A stretch of 64,000 bases of DNA from Chloroflexota bacterium (GTDB lineage: Bacteria; Chloroflexota; Limnocylindria; Limnocylindrales; CSP1-4), in the NCBI GenBank assembly GCA_044506615.1, contig JBIQKJ010000004.1:134383-198382 (forward strand). Reading direction: 5' to 3'. Within the stretch, counting starts at the first letter, position 1, and each line of letters begins with the position of its first letter. Below, in pieces: positions 38,037 to 47,500 of the stretch. Below the pieces are notes generated by a model, which saw nothing but the letters and a program-made list of their open reading frames with translations, was not told the DNA's origin and made no database searches. Position numbers and translations under genes: made by a program.

Positions 38037-38387
38037 ATCGCCACGATCGTCGATCAGCCCGACGAGCTTCGGGCGCTCCGCGCGTTCCACAAGACGCTCG
38101 CCGACGTCAACCGCCTGCGGATCGTCCAGCGGCTCGCCGGCGGCGACGCCAGCGTGACCGAGCTCATCGACCACGTCGGGCTGAGCCAGCCGCTCGTCAG
38201 CTGGCATGTCGGCAAGCTGCGCGACGCCGGTGTCGTCGAGACGACGCGGATCGGCCGCGAGACCGTGTGCCGCCTCAACACCGACGCCTTTGCCGAGTTC
38301 GCCGCCCGGGAGCGCGCGGTCCTCGGACTCGATGCCCAGCGGCCGAACCCGCTCGCTCGACCCGCGACCGACCGGGCCGCCTCGTGA
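38037..38387 (+). CDS. ArsR/SmtB-family winged-helix transcriptional regulator (start codon unresolved)
   Basis: The in-frame translation ...IVDQPDELRALRAFHKTLADVNRLRIVQRLAGGDASVTELIDHVGLSQPLVSWHVGKLRDAGVVETTRIGRETVCRLN is a complete ArsR HTH. The frame is open from 37944 but has no ATG/GTG/TTG before GTG 38154, which lies inside the HTH. See the corresponding finding. Confidence 0.6.
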   Translation: MATIVDQPDELRALRAFHKTLADVNRLRIVQRLAGGDASVTELIDHVGLSQPLVSWHVGKLRDAGVVETTRIGRETVCRLNTDAFAEFAARERAVLGLDAQRPNPLARPATDRAAS

Positions 38388-39016
38388 CCGGCTCGCTGGT
38401 GACCCCCGAGTTCCGCAGCCGCGTCCGCGGTCTGGCCGTGCCGGTCGCCACCGCGCTCGGCCGGCTCGGGCTGACCCCGAACGCGCTGACCGTCATCGGC
38501 TTCCTCGGCACGTGCGCGGCCGCCGCAGCGGCTGCGACCCAGGCCTGGGCCCTCGCCGGCGTCCTCGTGATCGCCTTCGGGATCTTCGACCTCTTCGACG
38601 GGGCGCTCGCACGCGCCACCGGCCGGGCGACGCGCTTCGGCGCCTTCCTCGACTCGACGCTCGACCGCACCGGCGAGAGCCTCGTCCTCGCCGGCGTGGC
38701 CGTCGGGTGCGCGGCGAGCGGCTTCCTCGAGGGCACGCTCCTCGCGGGGACCGCTGCCACGTTCGCGTCCGGCGTCACGTACACCCGCGCGAAGGCCGAA
38801 TCGATCGGTCTCCACGGCGAGGTCGGCGTCGCGCCGCGACCCGAGCGGCTCGTCATCCTGGCGGCCGGGCTCGTCCTCGCCGGCGCGCTGGCCGCCGACA
38901 CCGGCGCCACCGCGCTCGCGATCGCGCTCGGGCTCATCACCATCCTCTCAGCCATCACGGTCCTCCAGCGGATCGTCCACGTGAAACACCAACTCGGACA
39001 GGAACAGCAGGGTTAG
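38384..39016 (+). CDS. pgsA: CDP-alcohol phosphatidyltransferase, phosphatidylinositol-phosphate synthase-like
   Basis: 210 aa with a GTGA overlap to the ArsR gene. The motif [27 protein letters not shown] matches D(x)2DG(x)2AR...G(x)3D(x)3D. Its position directly upstream of ino1 supports inositol-1-P as substrate. Confidence 0.8.
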   Translation: MTGSLVTPEFRSRVRGLAVPVATALGRLGLTPNALTVIGFLGTCAAAAAAATQAWALAGVLVIAFGIFDLFDGALARATGRATRFGAFLDSTLDRTGESLVLAGVAVGCAASGFLEGTLLAGTAATFASGVTYTRAKAESIGLHGEVGVAPRPERLVILAAGLVLAGALAADTGATALAIALGLITILSAITVLQRIVHVKHQLGQEQQG

Positions 39017-39035
39017 CAGGAGCGACGGAGAGCAC

Positions 39036-40301
39036 ATGGCAGGCAACGGCAAGAACGGCAGCAGCGCCAACGGCAGCACGCCGAGCAACACCTGGGCGGG
39101 CAGCGCCCGACGCAAGGACGGCAAGATCCGCGTCGCGATCGTCGGCGTCGGCAATTGCGCGAGCAGCCTCGTCCAGGGCCGCTACTACTACGAAGACGCG
39201 AAGGAGACCGACTTCGTCCCGGGTCTCATGCACGTCAACCTCGGCGGCTACCACGTCCGCGACATCGAGTTCGTGGCAGCCTTCGACGTCGACAAGAACA
39301 AGGTCGGCAAGGACCTGTCCGAGGCGATCTACACGAAGCCGAACAACACGTACGTCTTCCAGCAGGTCCCGAACCTCGGCGTGAAGGTCGAGCGCGGCAT
39401 GACCCACGACGGGCTCGGCAAGTACCTCAGCCAGATCATCGAGAAGGCCCCGGGCCCGACCGCCGACGTCGTCGGCATCCTCAAGGAGCGCGAGGTCGAC
39501 GTGATGGTCTCGTACCTCCCGGTCGGCTCCGAGGAGGCGACCAAGTGGTACGTCGAGCAGGCCCTCAAGGCCGGCGTCGGGTTCATCAACGCCATCCCGG
39601 TGTTCATCGGCCGCGAGCCCTATTGGCAGCGCCGCTTCGCCGAGGAAGGCCTGCCGATCATCGGTGACGACATCAAGAGCCAGGTCGGCGCCACGATCAG
39701 CCACCGCGTGCTGACCCGCCTGTTCATGGACCGCGGCGTCCGGCTCGATCGGACCTACCAGCTCAACTTCGGCGGCAACACGGACTTCCTCAACATGCTC
39801 GAGCGCGAACGCCTCGAGTCGAAGAAGATCTCGAAGACCAACGCCGTCACCTCGATGCTCGATTACGAGCTCGAGGACGACGACGTCCACGTCGGGCCGT
39901 CGGACCACGTGCCGTGGCTCCAGGACCGCAAGTGGTGCTACATCCGGATGGAGGGCACGACCTACGGTGACGTGCCGCTCAATGCGGAGCTCAAGCTCGA
40001 GGTCTGGGACAGTCCGAACAGCGCGGGCGTCATCACCGACGCGATCCGCTGCCTCAAGCTCGGTCTCGACCGGGGCCTGAGCGGCACGCTCGTCGCGCCG
40101 TCGAGCTACTTCATGAAGAGCCCCCCGCAGCAGATCCACGACGACATCGCGTTCAACCGCGTCGAGGCGTTCATCCGCGGCGAGGACACCGAGACGCTCG
40201 TCGGCACCGAAGCGCCCCAGAAGCGGCAGCTCCGGAAGCTGGCCTCGACGAAGGCCAGCCCCGAGCAGGTCGCGACCCGGACGACGGCCGCCGCGAAGTG
40301 A
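39036..40301 (+). CDS. ino1: myo-inositol-1-phosphate synthase
   Basis: 421 aa. [16 protein letters not shown] (NAD site), [38 protein letters not shown]. These match the bacterial/archaeal MIPS pattern. Confidence 0.9.
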   Translation: MAGNGKNGSSANGSTPSNTWAGSARRKDGKIRVAIVGVGNCASSLVQGRYYYEDAKETDFVPGLMHVNLGGYHVRDIEFVAAFDVDKNKVGKDLSEAIYTKPNNTYVFQQVPNLGVKVERGMTHDGLGKYLSQIIEKAPGPTADVVGILKEREVDVMVSYLPVGSEEATKWYVEQALKAGVGFINAIPVFIGREPYWQRRFAEEGLPIIGDDIKSQVGATISHRVLTRLFMDRGVRLDRTYQLNFGGNTDFLNMLERERLESKKISKTNAVTSMLDYELEDDDVHVGPSDHVPWLQDRKWCYIRMEGTTYGDVPLNAELKLEVWDSPNSAGVITDAIRCLKLGLDRGLSGTLVAPSSYFMKSPPQQIHDDIAFNRVEAFIRGEDTETLVGTEAPQKRQLRKLASTKASPEQVATRTTAAAK

Positions 40302-41341
40302 CGTCGCGCGAACGCGAGCTCGAGGCGCCCCACCGGCGCCTCGAGCCGGGCCCGCGCATCCTCGAGAAGACGGCCGTCCTCGGCTACCGTGCCGCGGAGG
40401 CCGTCCTCGGATTCCTGCCGCCGGGTCCGCCGCGCTGGATCCTGGGACGCCTCGCGCAGGCCTCGTACCTGCTCTGGCCGACGAAGCGGCGCTGGTCGAA
40501 CCGGAACTTCGGGCACGTGCTCGGCCTGCCCCCGAGCGACCCGCGGGTGCGCCGGCTCGCGCTTCGCGCGTACGCCGAGTACGGCCGCTACCTGACCGAG
40601 CTGCTGCGTCTGCCGTCGCGCGACGCGGCCGAGATCGACCGACTGGCCGGCGACCTCGACGCCGACGAGGTCATGCGCCTGCTTCGGTCCTCGCCGGGCG
40701 GGCTGATCCTGGCCGCCGCGCACGTCGGCAACAACGAGGCCGTGGCTGCGTCGATTGCCCGGCACGGGCTCCCGATCAGCGTCGTCGCCGACGACTCCTC
40801 GTTCCCCGAGCTGTTCGAGCACCTCCGCCGGCAGCGCGAGGGGTGGGGGATCAGCGTCATCGCGTGGCGCAACCTGCGCGGGATCTTCGGCGTCCTCCGA
40901 CGCAAGGAGATGCTTGCGCTGCTCGTCGACTGGGGGTACCGGTCGGACGGGATCCCGGTCCAGCTGTTCGGCGCGTGGACGGCGCTGCCCGCCGGCCCGG
41001 CCACGCTTGCGGCGAAGACGGGTGCGCACATCCTGTCGATCCAGATGGGCAGGCGGCCGGACGGCACCTTCGGCGTGACCTGGCGCGAGCCGGTCGTCGT
41101 CGCATCCAGCGACCCGGCTGAGCTCCAGCGGGCGACCCAGCAGCTCGCCGACGAGCTGGCCGACACGATCCGCCGCGCGCCCGAGCAGTGGTACAGCTTC
41201 AAGCCGATGTGGCCGTCCTCCCCCGATGAGGCCGCCGACCTCGAGCGCCGGGCGCGGATCATGCAGTCGGGTCGACCGGATCCCGGTCCGGACCGGCGAC
41301 GCCGACGCGATCCGGCCGAGCTGGCGGTCGAGGGCGCATGA
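40298..41341 (+). CDS. lysophospholipid/PIM acyltransferase (LpxL/HtrB/PatA family)
   Basis: 347 aa with a GTGA overlap. The family pattern includes AAHVGNNE (HxxxxD/E-like region), LVDWGY and the C-terminal [12 protein letters not shown]. Confidence 0.7.
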   Translation: MTSRERELEAPHRRLEPGPRILEKTAVLGYRAAEAVLGFLPPGPPRWILGRLAQASYLLWPTKRRWSNRNFGHVLGLPPSDPRVRRLALRAYAEYGRYLTELLRLPSRDAAEIDRLAGDLDADEVMRLLRSSPGGLILAAAHVGNNEAVAASIARHGLPISVVADDSSFPELFEHLRRQREGWGISVIAWRNLRGIFGVLRRKEMLALLVDWGYRSDGIPVQLFGAWTALPAGPATLAAKTGAHILSIQMGRRPDGTFGVTWREPVVVASSDPAELQRATQQLADELADTIRRAPEQWYSFKPMWPSSPDEAADLERRARIMQSGRPDPGPDRRRRRDPAELAVEGA

Positions 41342-42330
41342 CCCGCGCGCGGGGAACCGTCGGGCAGCGGATCCGGGCGTGGCTGGTCGCGCTCGTGTCG
41401 GCGCTCGTCGTGCGCCTGCCCGAGGGTCCGCTCACCCGCCTCGCCGAGCTCGGCGGGGAGCTGTGGTATCGGCTCGCATCGGCCCGCGCAGCGCAGGCCC
41501 GGCGCAACCTCCGGCGCGTGGCACGCAGCCTCGCCCACCGCGATCTCGGCTCGCCGCTCGTGCGCGCCGCCGCGACCGACGACCGTGCGCTGGAGCGGCT
41601 CGTCCGCGCCGCCTTCCGCCACAACGCCCGCTACTACCTCGAGGTGGCGCGCGTCCCCGCGCTCCGCGACCGGGACATCGACCAGCGCGTCCTGATCGAG
41701 ACGCCCGACACGGTCGCGGCAGCGTTCGAGAACGACCGCGCCGTGATCTTCGTCGGGCTCCACTTCGGCGCCATCGAGCTCCCGGCGCGCTTCCTCGCCG
41801 CCCGCGTCGGGCAGGCGGTCGCTCCCATGGAGACGATCGGCGACCCGGCCCTCCAGGCGTGGTTCGTCCGCACCCGGGGCGCAAGCGGGATCCGGATCGT
41901 CGGGCTCCGCGAGGCTCGCCGGGAGCTCCTCGCCTCGCTGCGAAACGGCGTCTCGGTCGGGATCGTCGGCGACCGCGATCTGACCGGCGGCGGGCTGCCC
42001 GTGCCGCTGTTCGGCGCGCCGGCGGACGTGCCGCTCGGCCCGGCGATGCTCGCCGTCGAGAGCGGCGCGCCGGTGTTCGTGGCCGGGGTCCGCCGAGCCG
42101 GCGTGGGCCGGTACCGCGGGCGCCTCGAGCCCGTCGCCGTCCCGGCGGACGGCACCCGCCGCGAGCGGGTCGTGGCGACCACGCGGGCGATCGCCGCGGC
42201 GTTCGAGCGGATCATCGCCGATGCGCCCGAGCAATGGTGGGCGGTCTTCTTCCCGATCTGGCCGGACCTGGAGGCGGCCGAGGCCACGCCCGCGCCCCGG
42301 GCGACGGTCGCCGGAGAGCACGGCCGATGA
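41338..42330 (+). CDS. second LpxL/HtrB-family acyltransferase (paralogue)
   Basis: 330 aa with an ATGA overlap. GLHFGAIE, IVGDRDL and the C-terminal PEQWWAVFFPIWP parallel the preceding gene. Confidence 0.7.
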   Translation: MTRARGTVGQRIRAWLVALVSALVVRLPEGPLTRLAELGGELWYRLASARAAQARRNLRRVARSLAHRDLGSPLVRAAATDDRALERLVRAAFRHNARYYLEVARVPALRDRDIDQRVLIETPDTVAAAFENDRAVIFVGLHFGAIELPARFLAARVGQAVAPMETIGDPALQAWFVRTRGASGIRIVGLREARRELLASLRNGVSVGIVGDRDLTGGGLPVPLFGAPADVPLGPAMLAVESGAPVFVAGVRRAGVGRYRGRLEPVAVPADGTRRERVVATTRAIAAAFERIIADAPEQWWAVFFPIWPDLEAAEATPAPRATVAGEHGR

Positions 42331-43196
42331 CGCAGGGGACCCCCGCCACGACCGCGACGAGCACGGCCACGCCGACCGGCAAGGCAGACCTCCATCTGCA
42401 CACGCTGGCCTCGGACGGGACGGTCGGCGTCGGGGCGATCCTGGACCATGTCGAGCGGACCGACCTCGACGTCATCGCGATCACCGACCACGACCGGATC
42501 GACGCCGCGCTCGTCGGACGCCGCATGGCGGCCGATCGCGGGCTGCGCGTCGAGGTCGTCGTCGGCGAGGAGGTCACGACGCTGGGCGGCCACCTGCTGG
42601 CCCTGTGGGTCGATCGGCGCATTCGACCGCTGCGCACGCTGAGCGCGACGATCGCCGAGATCCACGACGCCGGGGGGATCGCGATCCCGGCTCACCCGCT
42701 GGTCCCGTACCCGTTGTGCGCGCAGGGCTGGGTCCTCCGCGGCCTCCTCGACCGCTCGGATCCGCGCTTCCGGCCGGACGCCCTCGAGACGTTCAACCCG
42801 ACGATGCTCGGTCGCCCCTGGCACACGCGGGTCGTGCGCTTCGCGGAACAGCACGGTCTCGCGATGGTCGGCAACAGCGACGCGCACGCGCTCCCTGCGA
42901 TCGCTGCGGGCTGGACGGAGTTCCCCGGCACGACCGCCGCCGAGCTGCGGCGGGCCATCGAGTCCGGCGCGACGCGGCATCGCGGCTCGTTCCACGGCTC
43001 GGCCGGGCAGCTCCGAACGTTCGGGCAGCAGCTCCGCAAGTACGGCCGCGACGCCCGCGCCGAGCTCGCGGGACGAGTCCGGCGCGACGGCACGGGCCGC
43101 GATCTCGGCTATCCCGGCGGACACCTCCGCCCGGTCCGCGAGCACGGCGGCGGCCTCGAGCCGGGCCGGGACGAGGAGCGGGAGGGGGCGCGATGA
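42327..43196 (+). CDS. PHP-domain metal-dependent phosphoesterase
   Basis: 289 aa with an ATGA overlap. ADLHLHTLASDGT, IAITDHD, IPAHP and GNSDAHA form a histidine/aspartate pattern typical of the PHP (polymerase and histidinol phosphatase) superfamily. Confidence 0.75.
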   Translation: MTQGTPATTATSTATPTGKADLHLHTLASDGTVGVGAILDHVERTDLDVIAITDHDRIDAALVGRRMAADRGLRVEVVVGEEVTTLGGHLLALWVDRRIRPLRTLSATIAEIHDAGGIAIPAHPLVPYPLCAQGWVLRGLLDRSDPRFRPDALETFNPTMLGRPWHTRVVRFAEQHGLAMVGNSDAHALPAIAAGWTEFPGTTAAELRRAIESGATRHRGSFHGSAGQLRTFGQQLRKYGRDARAELAGRVRRDGTGRDLGYPGGHLRPVREHGGGLEPGRDEEREGAR

Positions 43197-44515
43197 AGAT
43201 CGGTCTCGTCTGCCCGTACATCTACCCCGAGTCGGGCGGCGTCGCCCAGCACGTCGGGTACCTCTACGACAACCTGCGGCTGCGCGGCCACGACGTGCGC
43301 ATCATCACGGCCTCGCACGGCCCGCAGCGGGCATCCGAGGGCGACGTGATCCGGCTCGGCGTCGGGTTCTCCGTGCCGACCAACGGCTCGGTGGGGACGC
43401 TGACGTTCTCGCCGCGCTACCTGTCCCAGATCCGGGACATGCTCGAGCGCGAGCGGTTCGACCTGCTCCACTTCCACGAGCCGTTCGTGCCGTTCCTGTC
43501 GCTCTTCCTGCTGCGCGAATCGCGCAGCGTCAACGTCGCCACGTTCCACGCCTACGCCGGCTTCTCGCCCTCCTACGAGTTCGGCCGGCGCTTCCTCGGC
43601 GGGTACGCTCGGCGGCTCCACGGACGCATCGCGGTCTCGGCCGCCGCGCGCCACTTCATCGACCGCTTCTTCCCGGGCGACTACAAGGTCATTCCGAACG
43701 GGGTCGACGTCGACCGGTTCCAGCGGGCCGTGCCGCTCGCGAAGTGGCAGGACGGGACGAAGAACCTGCTGTTCGTCGGGCGCCACGAGCCGCGCAAGGG
43801 ACTGCTCGACCTCCTCAAGGCGTACCGGATCCTGCGCAAGACCGGCTGCGACTGCCGGCTGCTCGTCGTCGGGAGCGGGCCGCAGGAGCGCGAGGCCCGG
43901 CGATACGTCGCCACCCGCCGCCTCAGCGGCGTGGAGTTCCTCGGGCGCGTGAGCGACAGCGAGAAGGCCCAGCTGTTCCGGACCGCCGACGTCTTCGTGT
44001 CACCGGCGACCGGCGGTGAGTCGTTCGGCATCGTCCTGCTCGAGGCGATGGCCGCCGGCGCGCCGATCGTCGCGTCCGACATCCACGGCTACAAGGGCGT
44101 CGTCCGTCGCGGGCGCGAAGGTCTGCTGGTGCCGCCCCGCCAGCCGAAGCCGTTGGCCGCGGCCATGGCGAAGCTTCTCGGCGACGACGACCTCCGCGCG
44201 CGGATGAGCGAGAGCGGCACCGAGCGGGCGGCCGAGTTCAGCTGGCCGCGGATCACCGAGCGGGTCGAGGCCTACTACGGATTCGTCATTCGCCGGCTGG
44301 CGGCCGCGGACGCGCTCCCGCCCGGGTTCACCGCCGAGGTGCCGCCCAAGCCGGCGTCCCCCGAGCAGCTGCGGCTCATCGACGCCGCGGCGCTGCGGGC
44401 GACCGAGCCCGGGGGCCCAGCCGGCAGGACCGAGCCGGTGCCGCCCGCGACCGACGGCTCGGGGCCGGTCGACCCGGTCCGGGATCTGACCCGAACCTCC
44501 TCCGACGACCGCTGA
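43193..44515 (+). CDS. pimA: GT4 glycosyltransferase, phosphatidylinositol alpha-mannosyltransferase-like
   Basis: 440 aa with an ATGA overlap. MKIGLVCPYIYPESGGVAQHV, GRHEPRKG, and ESFGIVLLEAMAAGAPIV (E(x)7E). It has an approximately 70-aa Pro-rich C-terminal tail. The pimA assignment rests on context with pgsA and the acyltransferases. Confidence 0.75.
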   Translation: MKIGLVCPYIYPESGGVAQHVGYLYDNLRLRGHDVRIITASHGPQRASEGDVIRLGVGFSVPTNGSVGTLTFSPRYLSQIRDMLERERFDLLHFHEPFVPFLSLFLLRESRSVNVATFHAYAGFSPSYEFGRRFLGGYARRLHGRIAVSAAARHFIDRFFPGDYKVIPNGVDVDRFQRAVPLAKWQDGTKNLLFVGRHEPRKGLLDLLKAYRILRKTGCDCRLLVVGSGPQEREARRYVATRRLSGVEFLGRVSDSEKAQLFRTADVFVSPATGGESFGIVLLEAMAAGAPIVASDIHGYKGVVRRGREGLLVPPRQPKPLAAAMAKLLGDDDLRARMSESGTERAAEFSWPRITERVEAYYGFVIRRLAAADALPPGFTAEVPPKPASPEQLRLIDAAALRATEPGGPAGRTEPVPPATDGSGPVDPVRDLTRTSSDDR

Positions 44516-44516
44516 T

Positions 44517-44557
44517 CCCCGGCGCGGGACCGACCCGGCGTCGGCGCGGCCCGGGGG
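44517..44557. terminator. GC-rich hairpin between convergent genes (candidate bidirectional terminator, no U-tract)
   Basis: CCCCGG(44517-22)...CCGGGG(44551-56) outer stem, CGCG/CGCG inner stem, and a CCGAC-loop-GTCGG core. It occupies the whole 42-nt gap between pimA and the giant GT-C gene. Confidence 0.3.
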
Positions 44558-47500
44558 TCAGCCGGGCGCGGGCCCGGCGCTGCCGACCGTGGCATCGATG
44601 CCTCGCTCGCCGGCCGCCCGCTCCGCCTCGACGATCCGCCAGGACCATGCCGAGTAGGCCACGACGAGACAGGTGATCGCCACCGCCGCGAGCAGGAGCG
44701 CGAGCATCGGCGTGAACAGCGGCGTGACCGCGTTGCGCTCCGCGGTGTTCACCGGGAAGTCGAAGTAGTAGAGGTACGTGGGCAGCAGGCCCTGGTACGC
44801 GTTGACCACCGCCGACGGCAGCCGCAGCCCCGAGATGTTCGGGTAGAACGCGACGAACGTGGCGACGACCGCCACGAGCAGCCCGCCGACGAACCGGCGC
44901 GGATCCCGCGCCCGCAGCACCTGCAGCGCGAGCCAGCCGAGCGGGACCGCGACGACCAGCGCGATCGGCTCGACCGGGACGTTCTCGAGCCGCAGCAGCT
45001 CGCCGTCGCCGACGAGCGCGACTCCGAGCATCGCGACCGCGACGATCGCGGCGGTCACACCGAGGCGAAGGAGCGAGCCGGTCGGCGACCCGTCCCGGCC
45101 GCGCCCCCCGAGCAGCAGCACCTCGCGGATGAGGAACAGCCCCCCGAGCACGAGCACGGCCGCGAGCAGCGCGGTCCGGGCGGTCAGCACGAAGCTCGGG
45201 ATGAGCTCGGGGCAGGCCGGTCCGGGTTCCACGCCGACCGCCCAGCACAGCGGCCGCGACAGCAGGTGCAGTACGGCCGGCGCGACGATGGCCGCCGCAG
45301 CAGCGGCCTTGGCGAGAAGCCACGTCCGGCGCGACGGACCGTGCCACAGCTCGGCGACGAAGTAGGCGAGGGCGAGGATCACGAACGGCAGCGCCGTGTA
45401 GTAGTGGTACTGGAACGCCGCCCGGTCGATCCTGGCCCACGGCACCCATTGCGCCGCAAAGCCGATCGCGATCAGCGCGAGCGCGAGGCTGCGTCGCCGA
45501 TACGCCTGCCACGCCACGAACGCGAGCGCCGGCACCCCGATCCACCAGATCACGAGGTTGCCCGCGTCGTAGATCGACGCCGCGGTACCGGTGTCGAAGC
45601 TCTCCTGGTAGAACCAGACCGGCTTCAGGTTGAACGGCCACGCCCACCACGGCGAGGACGCCGCGTGCTCGGCGGTGAGCTGGTCGTGGTAGCGGTACAT
45701 CTGGGCGGTCAGGTCGGCCAGCGTCTGGCCGGTGTGGCCGGCCGGGAAGCCGGCGATGATTCGGTGGTTCTCGATGGCCGCCCATGGCAGGTACGACGCG
45801 ACGTAGATCGCGAGGGGGATCACGACGAGCGAGATCGCGGCCCACACGAGCGGCAGCCCGAGGAGCCAGCCCGGTCGCAGCCAGGCGGTCGGTGGCGCCG
45901 CCGGCGGATCGAGCAGCCGCACCGGGTCGTCGGGGGCCGGCACGCGTGCGAGCGGCCCGAAGCCGGCCCGGCCGGCCACGACGAACAGCCCGTACACGAC
46001 CGGCGCGAGGATCGCGAGCACGAGCGCCACCTCCAGCGGCGTCACCTCCAGCGGCCCGACCGCGACGGGCTGGGTCTCCCGCCCGAGCGCGAGGGCGCCG
46101 AAGAAGACGACGACCGCTCCCGCCGCGGGCGCGAGCACCGCGAAACGGAACTCGTCGGTGGACCAGGCGATGGGGTGCGTGACGGTCACGACCACGGCGA
46201 CGAGCGTGAGCGCGACCATCAGCAGCAGGAACGGCACGTTCCCGAAGCCGGCCTGCCCCTCGGGGACGCTCATCGCCATGTAGCCGAGGACGACCGTGAT
46301 CCCGACGAGACCGGCGATCGCGACGATCCGCCCGAGCGCGCTCCGCACGAGCAGCAGGAGCGCGATCGCCCCGATCGAGTAGGCGGCGATCCACTTCGTC
46401 GCGAGCGCCAGCCCGAGGAACATGCCGACGATCGGGAGCAGGACCCAGAAGGCCCAGCGCCCTCGCCAGCGTTCCGTCCAGAGCAGCGCGAACACGACGT
46501 AGGCGGCAACGAGGCACAGGCCGAGCACCGCGTCGATCATGCCGATCCGCGAATGGGCGAAGAGCATCCCGTCGAGCAGCGCGAACGCGCCGGCAAGGAC
46601 CGCGACGTCGCGGCGCCGGAAGAGGATCCGTGCGAGGAGGTAGAGCAGCCCCGCCATCAGGGCCCCGGCGACGACCCCCGGCAGCCGCCAGGCGAACGGG
46701 TTGCCGCCGATCTCGACGGTCGCGACCGACCCGGCCTCGTCCCCGGCAAAGGCGAGGAGCTGTTGGCGGTCGCTCTGCGGGCGCTCCGATGCGATGTCCC
46801 AGGCGAGCGCCGAGGGCTCGAAGGGCAGCACGGCGTCGGCGTAGGGCGCGTTGGCGTGCGGCTCGATCACGTAGACCGTCCAGCCGGCGCCGTCCTGGGT
46901 GCGCCCGAGCACGTGGACCATCTCGGTCGCGTCGTTGAACGCGATCCGGGTGCCGGGTCCGGGCAGGAAGTTCGTGCTGGCGATCTCCGGCGACGTCGCC
47001 TCGTCGCCCCCGAGCGAGACGACCGTGAACGAGGGATCGTCGGGCGGGCCGGTCGTCGCGTACAGCTGGTCGCTGTCGACGTGCACGCGGGTCAGGCCGT
47101 GGGCTCCTCCGGCGATGTCCAGCCGGGCCACCTCGGCGGCGCCGGCGACCTCGAGGAACACGATCCCGTCCGTGCCCGCGACCGCGATCCTGGCCAGGTC
47201 GGCGACCTCGATCCCCGGCAGCTCGCCGGCCGCGATTGCTTCGTCGATGTCGGTGCGCGCCGCATCGTCGGGGATCCCGGTGATGACGGTGCTCGCCTCG
47301 CCCAGCGCGAGCCGCTCCTCGTAGTCCGCCGCGTCGCCGCCGAGGATCTCGACCAGTCGCTGGGCGGCGGCGGCCGGATCGGGGACGTCGCCCGGCGTCG
47401 ACACGACCGCGGGTCCGGTCCCGGCCTCGGCGAGGTCTGCCAGGCCGGCCACGGAGGCCGACGCGAGGACCTCTCCGCTGTCGCGGTCGAGGATCGCGAG

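Noticed and set aside
37685-38207. Small ORFs in the ABC-ArsR gap (37685..37933 +, 37735..37938 +, 37720..37998 -, 37674..38207 -)
   Set aside because: They have no SD or start context, Arg/Gly/Pro-rich translations and mutual overlap. The region is better explained as non-coding repeats plus a promoter.
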